From an uncultured delta proteobacterium (GTDB taxonomy: Bacteria > Desulfobacterota > Binatia > UBA9968): a stretch of DNA of 64,000 nt. Made by a program: the position numbers and the translations under genes. Under the pieces are notes generated by a model. It was not told the origin of the DNA. It saw only the letters and a program-made list of their open reading frames with translations, and searched no databases. This document shows, piece by piece, positions 39,109 through 48,184 of this stretch. Numbering within the stretch: the first letter of the stretch is position 1; every line of letters starts with the position of its first letter. Location: assembly GCA_963760795.1 (NCBI GenBank), contig CAVXEP010000029.1, positions 160,001-224,000 on the forward strand. The letters run 5' to 3'.

Positions 39109-41127
39109 GTGCCGTTTAGCGGCGAAGGATCGGCGGCACCGGAGGTTTTAGCCGAGCGCGAATGGCTGATCACCAACGGTTTGGGTGGATACGCCTCAGG
39201 CACGTTGCTCGGCGCCATTACCCGGCGTTATCACGGCTTATTGATCGCTGCACTGCCGGCGCCGCTCGGCCGCGTGATGATGCTGAACCAACTAACGGAA
39301 TATCTTGAGTTGCCCGATCGCAGGCAAATCGAGTTGTCATCCGGGTTAGGTTTCAACGAAAGCAGCGAAAGCCCCGGCTTTGCGTCGCTGGCGGAATTTC
39401 GCCTGGAAGATGGTGTGCCGGTGTGGCGTTATCAGATCGGTGGCATCGTCATCGAAAAGAAAATCTTCATGGTGCACGGGCTAAATACCACACTGATCAG
39501 CTACGATTTACTCGAGGGCGATGAGCGCGTGCGGGTCAAGCTTTGTCCCCATGTGCAATTTCGCCCCCATGAAAACTTAGTGGATAAAGCATTGGAAGAC
39601 TATACCTTGAGGGCGACGTGTGGTGGATTTGAAATCTGTACCGCCGCGGCTCATCCGCCGTTGCGTTTGCTCGTGCACGGTCGCGATTGGGGTTTTAGCG
39701 GCGGCCACGCCAAGATCGATAAAGTGTTTTTTCGCGCCGAACAGCAGCGCGGTTATGAGGCGTTCGGCGAGCTATGCAGTTTCGGTTGGTTTGAAGCCGA
39801 AGTTTGCCTTAATGAGCCGATGACTGTGATTGCCTCGACGGAATCCTGGGAATCGATTACCGAAATGACGCCGCAAGAGAGTTACGCCGAGGAATTTTCC
39901 CGGCGGCAGCGGCTGGCATCAAGGGCCGGAATCGAAGATGGCACATCGATTAAAGCGGAGTTGGTGCTGGCTGCCGATCAGTTTGTCATCGCGCCCGTCG
40001 ATCCCAACAAAGAAAAAGACGCCGTCGGCGCACACACGATTATCGCCGGCTATCATTGGTTTACCGATTGGGGCCGTGACACGATGATCAGCTTGGAAGG
40101 GCTGACGCTGCTGACCGGCCGCCAACGCGAGGCGCGCGGCATACTCGACGTATTTTCCGAACATATTCGCGACGGGCTGATTCCAAACTTTTTTCCTGAG
40201 GGAGAGCAGGAAGGGGTCTATCATACCGCGGACGCGACGTTGTGGTTTTTTCACGCTCTGCAGCGTTATCTCGAAATGACCGACGATCGCGAATTTTTGC
40301 GCCAACTGCTGCCGAAATTGTCCGACATCGTGACCAAGCATCTGCAGGGTACGCGCTTCGGTATCGGCGTCGATCCGGAGGATGGCCTGCTGCGACAAGG
40401 GCAAGAAGGCTACCAGCTCAGCTGGATGGACGCCAAGGTAGAGGATTGGGTGGTGACACCGCGGCGCGGCAAAGCGGTGGAGATCAACGCCCTGTGGTAT
40501 AACGCGTTACGTCTGCTCGAAGGATGGCTGCGCGAAGAAGGTGATGGTGAGAACGCGCGCGAGATCGCTGGACACGCGCTCAAAGCCCAGGATTCTTTCA
40601 ACCGCCGCTATTGGTATGACGAAGGTGGTTATCTCTACGACGTTATCGATTGTGACAACGAAAGTGAAAAAAACGATCCCGCATGTCGGCCCAATCAAAT
40701 CATGGCTATCTCGCTAGACCATCCGGTCCTCGATAGCGAGCGCTGGCGTCCGGTGCTCAATGTCGTTCGTCAGCGCCTCGTCACACCCTACGGTCTGCGC
40801 TCGCTGGCGCCGAACCATCCGGACTACCAAGCGCGTTATTTCGGCGATCTGCGCGCGCGCGATGCCGCTTATCACCAAGGTACCGTTTGGGCTTGGTTGA
40901 TTGGGCCGTTCGTCGATGCGTGGTTGAAAGCCTACCCTGACGATCGCGCCGGCGCGCGCGGATTTCTAACAGCATTTGCCGATCACTTGGGCGAGGCTTG
41001 CATCGGCACGATCAGCGAGATCTTTGACGCCGAGCCACCGTTTACGCCACGCGGCTGCGTCTCTCAGGCTTGGAGCGTTGCCGAAGTGCTGCGCTGCGCG
41101 ATCAAGACCGGCGCTTTGGGCCGCTGA
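39109..41127 (+). CDS. Amylo-alpha-1,6-glucosidase / glycogen debranching enzyme (GDE N- and C-domains); true start may be ATG 39024 with a +1 error
   Basis: REWLITNGLGGYASGT, AGYHWFTDWGRDTMISL, WMDAK, YHQGTVW, QAWSVAE. Confidence 0.92.
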   Translation: MPFSGEGSAAPEVLAEREWLITNGLGGYASGTLLGAITRRYHGLLIAALPAPLGRVMMLNQLTEYLELPDRRQIELSSGLGFNESSESPGFASLAEFRLEDGVPVWRYQIGGIVIEKKIFMVHGLNTTLISYDLLEGDERVRVKLCPHVQFRPHENLVDKALEDYTLRATCGGFEICTAAAHPPLRLLVHGRDWGFSGGHAKIDKVFFRAEQQRGYEAFGELCSFGWFEAEVCLNEPMTVIASTESWESITEMTPQESYAEEFSRRQRLASRAGIEDGTSIKAELVLAADQFVIAPVDPNKEKDAVGAHTIIAGYHWFTDWGRDTMISLEGLTLLTGRQREARGILDVFSEHIRDGLIPNFFPEGEQEGVYHTADATLWFFHALQRYLEMTDDREFLRQLLPKLSDIVTKHLQGTRFGIGVDPEDGLLRQGQEGYQLSWMDAKVEDWVVTPRRGKAVEINALWYNALRLLEGWLREEGDGENAREIAGHALKAQDSFNRRYWYDEGGYLYDVIDCDNESEKNDPACRPNQIMAISLDHPVLDSERWRPVLNVVRQRLVTPYGLRSLAPNHPDYQARYFGDLRARDAAYHQGTVWAWLIGPFVDAWLKAYPDDRAGARGFLTAFADHLGEACIGTISEIFDAEPPFTPRGCVSQAWSVAEVLRCAIKTGALGR

Positions 41128-41201
41128 GTGACGAATAATTCAATAATTAAAATTGATTAATTGGAATATAATCCTACCAGGAAAGATTCGTGGCTGAAAC
41201 T

Positions 41202-41251
41202 GCAAGCAACTAGTGCAAGGGGAGATGCCTCCCCTCGCACTAGTTGCTTGC
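41202..41251. terminator. Long hairpin between convergent genes
   Basis: GCAAGCAACTAGTGCAAGGGGAG-ATGC-CTCCCCTCGCACTAGTTGCTTGC. Confidence 0.65.
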
Positions 41252-41281
41252 GAACGCAACATCGACAATTATCGTTAATAC

Positions 41282-42097
41282 TTACTGGCTGGAACCGCTT
41301 TTATTAGCACCGCGATCCTTGGGGTTGCCCTCGTTTGGATCGATCGTCGTGCTTTTAGAGGGAGGAACCGACGTTCCACTCCCTACCGAGCCTGCGCCGG
41401 AGCTACCGCCGCTGCCGGAGCTACCAGGCTTGGCAGCGCCACGGTCTTTGGGATTGCCCTCGTTTGGATCGATTGTGGTGCTCTTCGAAGGCGGCACCGA
41501 GGTTCCACTCCCTACCGAACCTGCGCCGGAGCTACCGCTGCCGGAACTACCTGAACTGGAACTGCCGGTCGCTGAACCGCCGCTACGAGGGTTGCCCTGA
41601 TTTTTTTCGAGCACGTTGCTGTCGCGATTCGGAGCGCCGCTCGATGCGCCGCTAGCGCTCCCTGAACTGGAACCACCCAAACTGGAGCCGCTGGCGGAGG
41701 AGAGGGTCACCCCCAACGCACTGGCGGTGCCGCTGTCGAGTTGTCCGCTGGTTTGGATATTCTGCGCGCGTTGGAAGGATCGTAATGCTTGCTGAGTCCG
41801 AGCGCCCATTACCCCATCGATCGGTCCAGGATCATGTCCCTTATTCTTTAAGGCCTCCTGAACACTCTTCACGTCGGCTGCTGACCATTGACCGCTCGCG
41901 GAAGAAGGTTTCATCGAATCCATGCTGCTGCGTCCGGTTGAAGATTCTGCTCCCTTGGGCCGTTGCTGATCCTGCTGCGTTGCCGAACCTGATGATCCTG
42001 ATGTTCCCGGCGAAGTCTGCGACCAACCTGTCATTGGGCAAATTGTTAGAGTGCCCAAAACCATCCCCGAAATAATCGCACTATTCTTTTTTCTCAT
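41282..42097 (-). CDS. Exported peptidoglycan-binding protein with Ser/Gly-rich disordered regions and a duplicated C-terminal peptide
   Basis: Signal peptide; VQEALKNKGHDPGPIDGVMGARTQQALRSFQ. Confidence 0.85.
   Translation of the reverse strand: MRKKNSAIISGMVLGTLTICPMTGWSQTSPGTSGSSGSATQQDQQRPKGAESSTGRSSMDSMKPSSASGQWSAADVKSVQEALKNKGHDPGPIDGVMGARTQQALRSFQRAQNIQTSGQLDSGTASALGVTLSSASGSSLGGSSSGSASGASSGAPNRDSNVLEKNQGNPRSGGSATGSSSSGSSGSGSSGAGSVGSGTSVPPSKSTTIDPNEGNPKDRGAAKPGSSGSGGSSGAGSVGSGTSVPPSKSTTIDPNEGNPKDRGANKSGSSQ
41305..41552. repeat. Two-copy intragenic tandem repeat, 129-bp period
   Basis: TTGCCCTCGTTTGGATCGAT at 41325 and 41454; identical peptide SSGAGSVGSGTSVPPSKSTTIDPNEGNPKDRGA. Confidence 0.9.
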
Positions 42098-42157
42098 GCA
42101 CGTTTCCCCTTTCAATCAAAAATTATTCTAGCGTTGCGCTCTACAATAAGAGTAACC

Positions 42158-42172
42158 GCAAGGAGCATGCCA
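42158..42172 (-). promoter_or_regulatory. sigma54 -24/-12 element
   Basis: TGGCATGCTCCTTGC; boxes at 42224-42239 and 42256-42271, 32-bp period. Confidence 0.8.
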
Positions 42173-42467
42173 CGGGAATTTGTGGCTGGAACCGTTCATA
42201 CTCGGCGTTTCTTGCAATCAAGCGTCTTAATATTGCGAAAGCCCAAGCGATGGTTGTCCCAATTGAAAGACCGTGCGAAAGGGCTCCGGATTGGCAGTCG
42301 TTACCACCATGAGAGCAGATTCTCGTTTTACCGTGAGCTGAGGACAACAAGGGATGCGCTGGGGCTAATCGGAAAACCAAATCCAAGAGATAACGCGTGA
42401 CGTCTTGAATCTGAGACAACGCGCCGCGATGGATAGTCGCTGCTGGGCGCAAACCGCCGCAAATGTT

Positions 42468-42482
42468 TGGTTCTGCTTTTGC
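42468..42482 (+). promoter_or_regulatory. sigma54 -24/-12 element
   Basis: TGGTTCTGCTTTTGC; box GTCTTGAATCTGAGAC at 42402-42417. Confidence 0.65.
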
Positions 42483-42661
42483 TTTATCCACGGTCGGATT
42501 GCGAATTCCCTGATGAGAAAAAATTATTACCCCAGGTACCGCGGATACTAAAGATGGCGAAGCGACGATGAATTCGATCGCCGCCGCTGGCCGCTACACC
42601 AGGATGAGAGGGATCGTCTCTCTAAAATTACCAACGTGCGCAACAACGGAGGATAGTTAAA

Positions 42662-42950
42662 ATGGAAGCATACGGCACCTCAACGTATACCGGGCAACCG
42701 GCCAAAACTGAAGACCAATTTACCAAGGCGGTTGAAGATTACACAGCGGAGATTCCCTCCTCAGCCTATCTCGGCATTGCTCTCGGAGCGATGGGGCTGT
42801 CGCTCGTTTGTCAAGCGATGGGACAAGGCAAATGGGGCAACTTCATCGCCCAGTGGGTGCCGACTTGGTTGATCATCGGTGTCTACAACAAATTAGTAAA
42901 GCTCGAAGGGCACGATCAACAGCGATCGGGCCACGGGGTATTCGCACTGA
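42662..42950 (+). CDS. Conserved small membrane protein (NFIAQWVPTWLIIGVYNKLVK); probable +1 error near 42920
   Basis: RBS GGAGG; hydrophobic hairpin; the repaired stop at 42950 removes the overlap with the next gene. Confidence 0.7.
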
Positions 42951-42998
42951 GTTTTTGGCGCGGCGGCTGCATCTGCCCTATCGAAAGGCAGGACATTT

Positions 42999-43457
42999 AT
43001 GATACCGGCTACTACTTCTCGGGTTAATGAACATACCCCCGATCACATTAACGAACGCATCGCCCGCAAGACACAAGCAAACCTCGAATTTTACGGCTCG
43101 GCGGGCGGCGCATCGATTGCTCGCCGCCTAGCCGAGCTTGACCGTGAATGGGACATCGAACGCATGCTCGAAGCTAACGCGGCCTCGGCTGTGCTGTTAG
43201 GAATGTATTTGAGTATTACGCGTAGCCGCGGGTGGCTGCTGCTGCCAATGGCCGTCGGCGGATTCTTACTGCAGCATGCTGTCCAGGGATGGTGTCCACC
43301 CCTCATCTGGTTGCGCAGAATGGGTTTTCGAACCGCAAGCGAGATTGACCACGAGCGCTACGGCTTAAAAGTGCTGCGTGGCGACTTCGCGGATCTGGTA
43401 TCGGCCAGCCGTGAGTTGAGCGATGTACGCAACGTGCTGCACGTCGTTAAACAATAA
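42999..43457 (+). CDS. DUF2892/YgaP-like membrane protein
   Basis: LDREWDIER.LE.NA, LLQHAVQGWCPP. Confidence 0.75.
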   Translation: MIPATTSRVNEHTPDHINERIARKTQANLEFYGSAGGASIARRLAELDREWDIERMLEANAASAVLLGMYLSITRSRGWLLLPMAVGGFLLQHAVQGWCPPLIWLRRMGFRTASEIDHERYGLKVLRGDFADLVSASRELSDVRNVLHVVKQ

Positions 43458-43460
43458 AAG

Positions 43461-44664
43461 ATGGCGCGAAATTACTCTGCAACATTGACGACCGGCAGCG
43501 CTGATCCTGTCGCGGCGGCCGAGGCAGCGCGGTTGCGCTATGTCGGTGACTGGCAACCCGGTTTCTCCCGCAAGCTTACTAAAAAGAGATTTGTCTATTT
43601 AAATTTGCAAGGTCAGCCGCTGCGGGATCGGGTAGATCTCAGCCGGATTAAAGCGCTGGCTATCCCGCCGGCTTGGACGGGCGTTTGGATCTGTTCAAAA
43701 ACCAACGGTCATTTGCAGGCAACCGGACGCGATGCCCGGGGCCGTAAGCAGTATCGTTATCACGCGCGTTGGCGCGAGGTGCGTGACGAAAATAAATATC
43801 AACGCATGATCGCATTTGCCCAGGCTTTACCGGCAATTCGCGCCAGTGTTCACAGGGATTTGACGCTGTTCGGATTGCCGCGCGCTAAAGTGCTCGCGAC
43901 CATCGTCAAACTGCTTGAATCCACTCACATTCGCGTCGGCAACGAAGAGTACGCGCGGAGCAACCAATCATTCGGATTGGCGACGCTGCGCAACCGCCAT
44001 GTAAAAGTAAACGGACGGAACATTCGATTTCAATTTCGCGGTAAGAGCCGCGTCGCACATGCCATCGATTTGCAGGATAAACGCTTGGCGCGGATCATCA
44101 AACGTTGCCAAGATTTACCAGGCTACGAACTGTTCCAATATGTCGACGAGGCGGGCGCGACGGTTGCCATTGAAGCGGGCGATGTCAATGAATATCTGCG
44201 CGAGATTGCCGGCGCAGAATTTAGCACCAAGGATTTTCGCACCTGGGCCGGTACCCTGGTGGCAGCCCATGCGCTGCGCGCCTGCGCCGACTGTGAGTCG
44301 AAGGCGCAAATCAAACGAAACATTGTCCAGGCGGTCGAAAAGGTTGCACGGGTTTTGGGAAATACTAAAGCCGTCTGCCGCAAATGTTACATCCATCCGG
44401 CGGTTATCGAGGCATATTCGTCTGGCGCGCTCGGCCGCGATTCGCGCCCGCGTGCGCGGCGTTGCTGCTCGATCAGATTTGGCCCCCGAAGAAGCGGCGC
44501 TCGTCGCACTTTTAGAGCAGCAGGTGCGAGCATCCAGCGCAAAAGCAAAACCGCTCGCGCAAGCAAAACGTCAGCGCCAAAATCAAACGCCTTTCAAAGA
44601 TATTTGTCGGTCGTGCGCTGCGCCATGGGCGCTGAAACTACGCAGCGCGTCCGCAGGACGCTAA
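43461..44664 (+). CDS. Bacterial DNA topoisomerase IB; +1 frameshift in the C-terminal tail (~44440)
   Basis: IPPAW, GRDARGRKQYRY, RVGNEEY, FRGK, KDFRTW, LGNT, catalytic Tyr in CYIHP. Confidence 0.92.
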
Positions 44665-44787
44665 AATCCAAGCTTGTGTTTGGTCTGTTGCAAAACCGGC
44701 ACGCATTCAATCGCTAGGAATCCTAATTCTAGGACGTGACGGCTATCGGCAAGAAATCTATTCCCGACAAAAAGTAACAATTATGAG

Positions 44788-44802
44788 TGGCACGTTAGTT
44801 GC
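44788..44802 (+). promoter_or_regulatory. sigma54 -24/-12 element
   Basis: TGGCACGTTAGTTGC, a consensus match; box ATCCTAATTCTAGGAC at 44720-44735. Confidence 0.85.
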
Positions 44803-44836
44803 GCTAAGCAGATTGCGATGGAAACAAGGAGGTAAA

Positions 44837-45224
44837 ATGAAAAGCATATCAATATTATTGTTTGCCGCATTACTCGCCGTCGGTTGTTCAAAAGAACGTG
44901 CCGACGAAAAAGTGGCTCAAACCCCCGCTCCGGATAATTCTGGGACGAATGTGCGAGACCGCAATGACCAAACCAAGACTGCCGGGAGATCAGTCGGAAA
45001 GCGAAGCCGATCGAACCATAAGCCAAAATATCCGGCAGTCGCTCACTTCGGACGATTCGCTTTCCACCAACGGCAAGAACGTTAAAGTGATTACGATCGA
45101 CGGCAAGGTGACGTTGCGCGGGCCGGTGAAGAGCGATCAAGAAAAAGCCGCCATCGCCGCTAAAGCCCAGCAAGTGGCCGGCGTCAAGAATGTCGATAAC
45201 CAATTAGAAATCGCAAGCAATTAA
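44837..45224 (+). CDS. BON-domain lipoprotein; +1 frameshift at ~44985
   Basis: Lipobox AVGC; DN+G.NVRDR...DQSE..ADR.I...NVKVITIDGKVTLRGPV; 388-1 = 387 nt. Confidence 0.85.
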
Positions 45225-45251
45225 CTTAACCAGTAACACCTAGGAGGATTT

Positions 45252-45811
45252 ATGGCAAAATCTGTATTTTGTTTAGTCGATAGCGAAACCCAGGCCGAAG
45301 CTATCGTAGATAATCTCAAGGCGGCAAATTTTTCCCACAACGATATTTCGGTGTTGTTTCCGGATAAATCCGGCACGCAGCGATTTTGCCCACGAACAAA
45401 ACACCAAAGCGCCCGAAGGCGCAGCAACGGGCGCCGGTACCGGCGGAGCGGTGGGCGGCGTTTTGGGTTGGTTGGTCGGCATCGGAACTCTGGCGATTCC
45501 TGGTGTCGGTCCATTCATCGCGGCCGGGCCAATCATGGCGGCATTGGCGGGCGCGGGTGTGGGTGCGGCGGTCGGCGGATTGACTGGCGCTCTGATCGGC
45601 ATGGGCATTCCGGAACTACGAAGCCAAGCAGTATGAAGGAAAAATTAAAGGCGGCAACATTCTCATTTCGGTTCATTCAGAGAACAGCGATGAGACAAAG
45701 CGCGCCAAAGAGATCTTCGAGCGATCCGGCGCTCATGACATTTCCTACACCGAAGAGGAAGGTGTCGCAAAAGAAGACAAAGCCCGACCTGCAGCAGGGT
45801 TTAGAAACTAA
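45252..45811 (+). CDS. General stress protein 17M/YflT-like glycine-zipper protein; two +1 frameshifts
   Basis: Repaired: DISVLFPDK..RDFAHE..TKAPEGA...IPGVGPFIAAGP...GIPEYEAK.YEGK; 560-2 = 558 nt. Confidence 0.8.
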
Positions 45812-45835
45812 CTGCGCGGAAGGATGGACAAGTCG

Positions 45836-45946
45836 ATGAAGTTATTACGCAACCAGACAGGAAAAGTCGGCTGGATCTTATTGTGGGCATTAGGAGTTCC
45901 AGTGCCAATTTTGGTTCTGCTATTTCTCATGCGCGGGTGCACGTAG
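45836..45946 (+). CDS. 36-aa TM microprotein MKLLRNQTGKVGWILLWALGVPVPILVLLFLMRGCT (not in the ORF track)
   Basis: Purine-rich RBS (GGAAGGA/TGGA); TM helix with a GxPxP kink; hairpin follows. Confidence 0.7.
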   Translation: MKLLRNQTGKVGWILLWALGVPVPILVLLFLMRGCT

Positions 45947-45996
45947 TCGGTCCTTTTCAACAGCGCTGATAGTTCGATTCCAGTAACAAGTTAATA

Positions 45997-46032
45997 CTGG
46001 CCGGCAGCCGGGGAAAGCAGGCTGCCGGCCAG
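45997..46032. terminator. 13-bp stem hairpin
   Basis: CTGGCCGGCAGCC...GGCTGCCGGCCAG. Confidence 0.55.
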
Positions 46033-46196
46033 CACAGTGATTCAGCAGAATTCCATCAATCCGAAGTCGAAAATGAGCGAGCAAGACATAATCCAGGGCG
46101 AAGTACGTTGTGAGGGGCGCGACCTTCGCTAACGGGCGGTTGCACTCTCAATAATCCGCGGCTACGCAGCTGGTTGTTAAAATAAATATAACATGT

Positions 46197-48078
46197 ATGA
46201 ACAAAACCCGTGTGCGTGCCGTTGCGGCTATCGGACGCACTGCCAAATTCCCTTTATCGGTCCTGCCTGGGCTCGTTCTAGTTATCGCTTCGCTGTATTG
46301 GGCCCAAACGTTTCTCATTCCCCTGGCTCTTTCCTTGTTATTGACGTTTCTCTTGACTCCGCTGGTAGCGGGTTTGGAAAAATTCGGCTTGAGGCGCGTG
46401 CCCTCCGTTATAATTGTAGTGCTTTTTGTTTTTTCGTTGCTTGGCGCCATCGCTTGGATCGTTGCCGTGCAATTTACCAGCGTGGCCAATCAGCTGCCCC
46501 GATATCAAAGCTAATATCCGGCAGAAAATTGTCGACATCCGCGGTGCCGGTAAAGGCGGAGCATTGGAGAAGGTAAAGGAAACCGCAAAGGAAGTTACCG
46601 AGGAGTTGAAGCAAGAACCGAGCGCGCTCCAGAAGCCCCGCGAAGTGGTGGTTCAGGGCGATGAAGCTACGACTTTTTGGCCGTTCTCACCGGTGGCAGC
46701 TCCTATGTTAGAGCGCATGGCCGGCGCGGGATTTGTCATCGTCTTGACTGTCTTTATGCTGATTCGGCGTGAGAATCTGCGCAACCGTTTGATCCACCTA
46801 CTGGGCTATGGCCGCTTAACCGTCACGACCAGAGCGATGGAAGAAGCCGGGCAGCGCATCAGCCGTTATCTGATCGTTCAGTCGCTGCTCAATGGTTCGT
46901 TCGGCATAGCCGTTGGCGGCGCGCTATTTTTTTTCGGTCTGCCCTACGCTATTCTCTGGGGATTTTTAGCGGCGTTGCTGCGCTTTATTCCCTACATCGG
47001 TTCATGGGCGGCGGCGATTCTGCCTACAGCTCTGGCGTCTAGCCGTGTTTCAAGGTTGGCTTTGGCCGTTGCTGGTTTTCGCAACGATCGTCGGCTTGGA
47101 AATTGTCATTGCCACGATTCTCGAACCTTTGCTGTACGGCGAAAGCGCCGGTGTGTCCGAGGTGGGCATGCTCGTGTCTGTGGCGTTTTGGACCTGGCTC
47201 TGGGGTCCGGTTGGACTGCTACTCGCCATGCCGCTAACGGTCTGTGTGGTCGTAATCGCCAAATATATGCCGCCGATGGAATTTATCGGCGTGTTGTTGA
47301 GCGATGGGTCGTTTCTCGAGCCGGCTATAGGTTACTATCAACGTTTGCTCGCCGCGGATCGCGCTGAAGCGAAGGCAATCGTCGCAGCGTATGCCGAGAA
47401 ACATTCCCCGGCGCAGGTTTATGACGACCTGATGGTGCCGGCGCTTGGTCACGCCAAACGGGATTTGTTGCAGGGCAATGTAACGGAAGCTGAACTACAG
47501 TTTGTTTGGCAGACGACACGCGAAATCCTCGCCGAGCCGATATTCGATAATCCAGGTCGAAACAGCGGCGGCTAATGGCAATTCATCGGTCAATCCCAAA
47601 CCCGAGCTTTCTCTGACTAAACTGCGAATAATCGGTTGTCCAGCCAGAGACGAGTCTGACGAGCTTGGCTTGGTCATGCTCAGCCAATTGCTCGATCGCA
47701 AGCGATTCGATGTGGAGATTGTCGGCGCAGCGACAGCTGACCTCGGAGATTTTAGCGCGAACTGCCGAGACCAACGCGCCGCTGCTCTGCATTGCCTCGC
47801 TATCGCCGGACGGGTTGCCGCACACTCGAGCGCTGTGCAAGCGGGTGCGGCGGCGGTTTCCCGAAATCAAAATACTCATTGGGCGGTTGGGTAACGGCAC
47901 GACTAACACCGATGATCTAATGGCGGCCGGAGCCGATAAAATCAGCACAACTATGATTGAATTCCGCGATCAGGTGGCGCAGATGAGTCAAGTTATTGTG
48001 CCTGAAGTTTACGATGGCGAAAACTCTCACCGCGAAGTCGAAACAACAAATCATCCCGATCGTGAGACATTCATGTGA
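46197..48078 (+). CDS. Second AI-2E family transporter with the same C-terminal module; four successive +1 frameshifts
   Basis: Fragments 46197, 46426, 47045, 47502 and 47665 are collinear with the paralog at 19325; 1882-4 = 1878 nt. Confidence 0.8.
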
Positions 48079-48151
48079 TTCTGTTTCTCACCGTTGCAAC
48101 GCCGCATTGAGCCGGTCGAAAACAGGTTAGCAATAACCCGCGAGCGCAGGG

Positions 48152-48166
48152 TGGCATGCGCGTTGC
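48152..48166 (+). promoter_or_regulatory. sigma54 -24/-12 element
   Basis: TGGCATGCGCGTTGC; boxes at 48053-48068 and 48085-48100, 32-bp period. Confidence 0.8.
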
Positions 48167-48184
48167 GATTTATTTGGCGCAATC

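Noticed and set aside
46115-46129. GGGCGCGACCTTCGC as the sigma54 site for the second AI-2E gene
   Set aside because: Spacing is correct but both halves match poorly and there is no convincing box; not counted.
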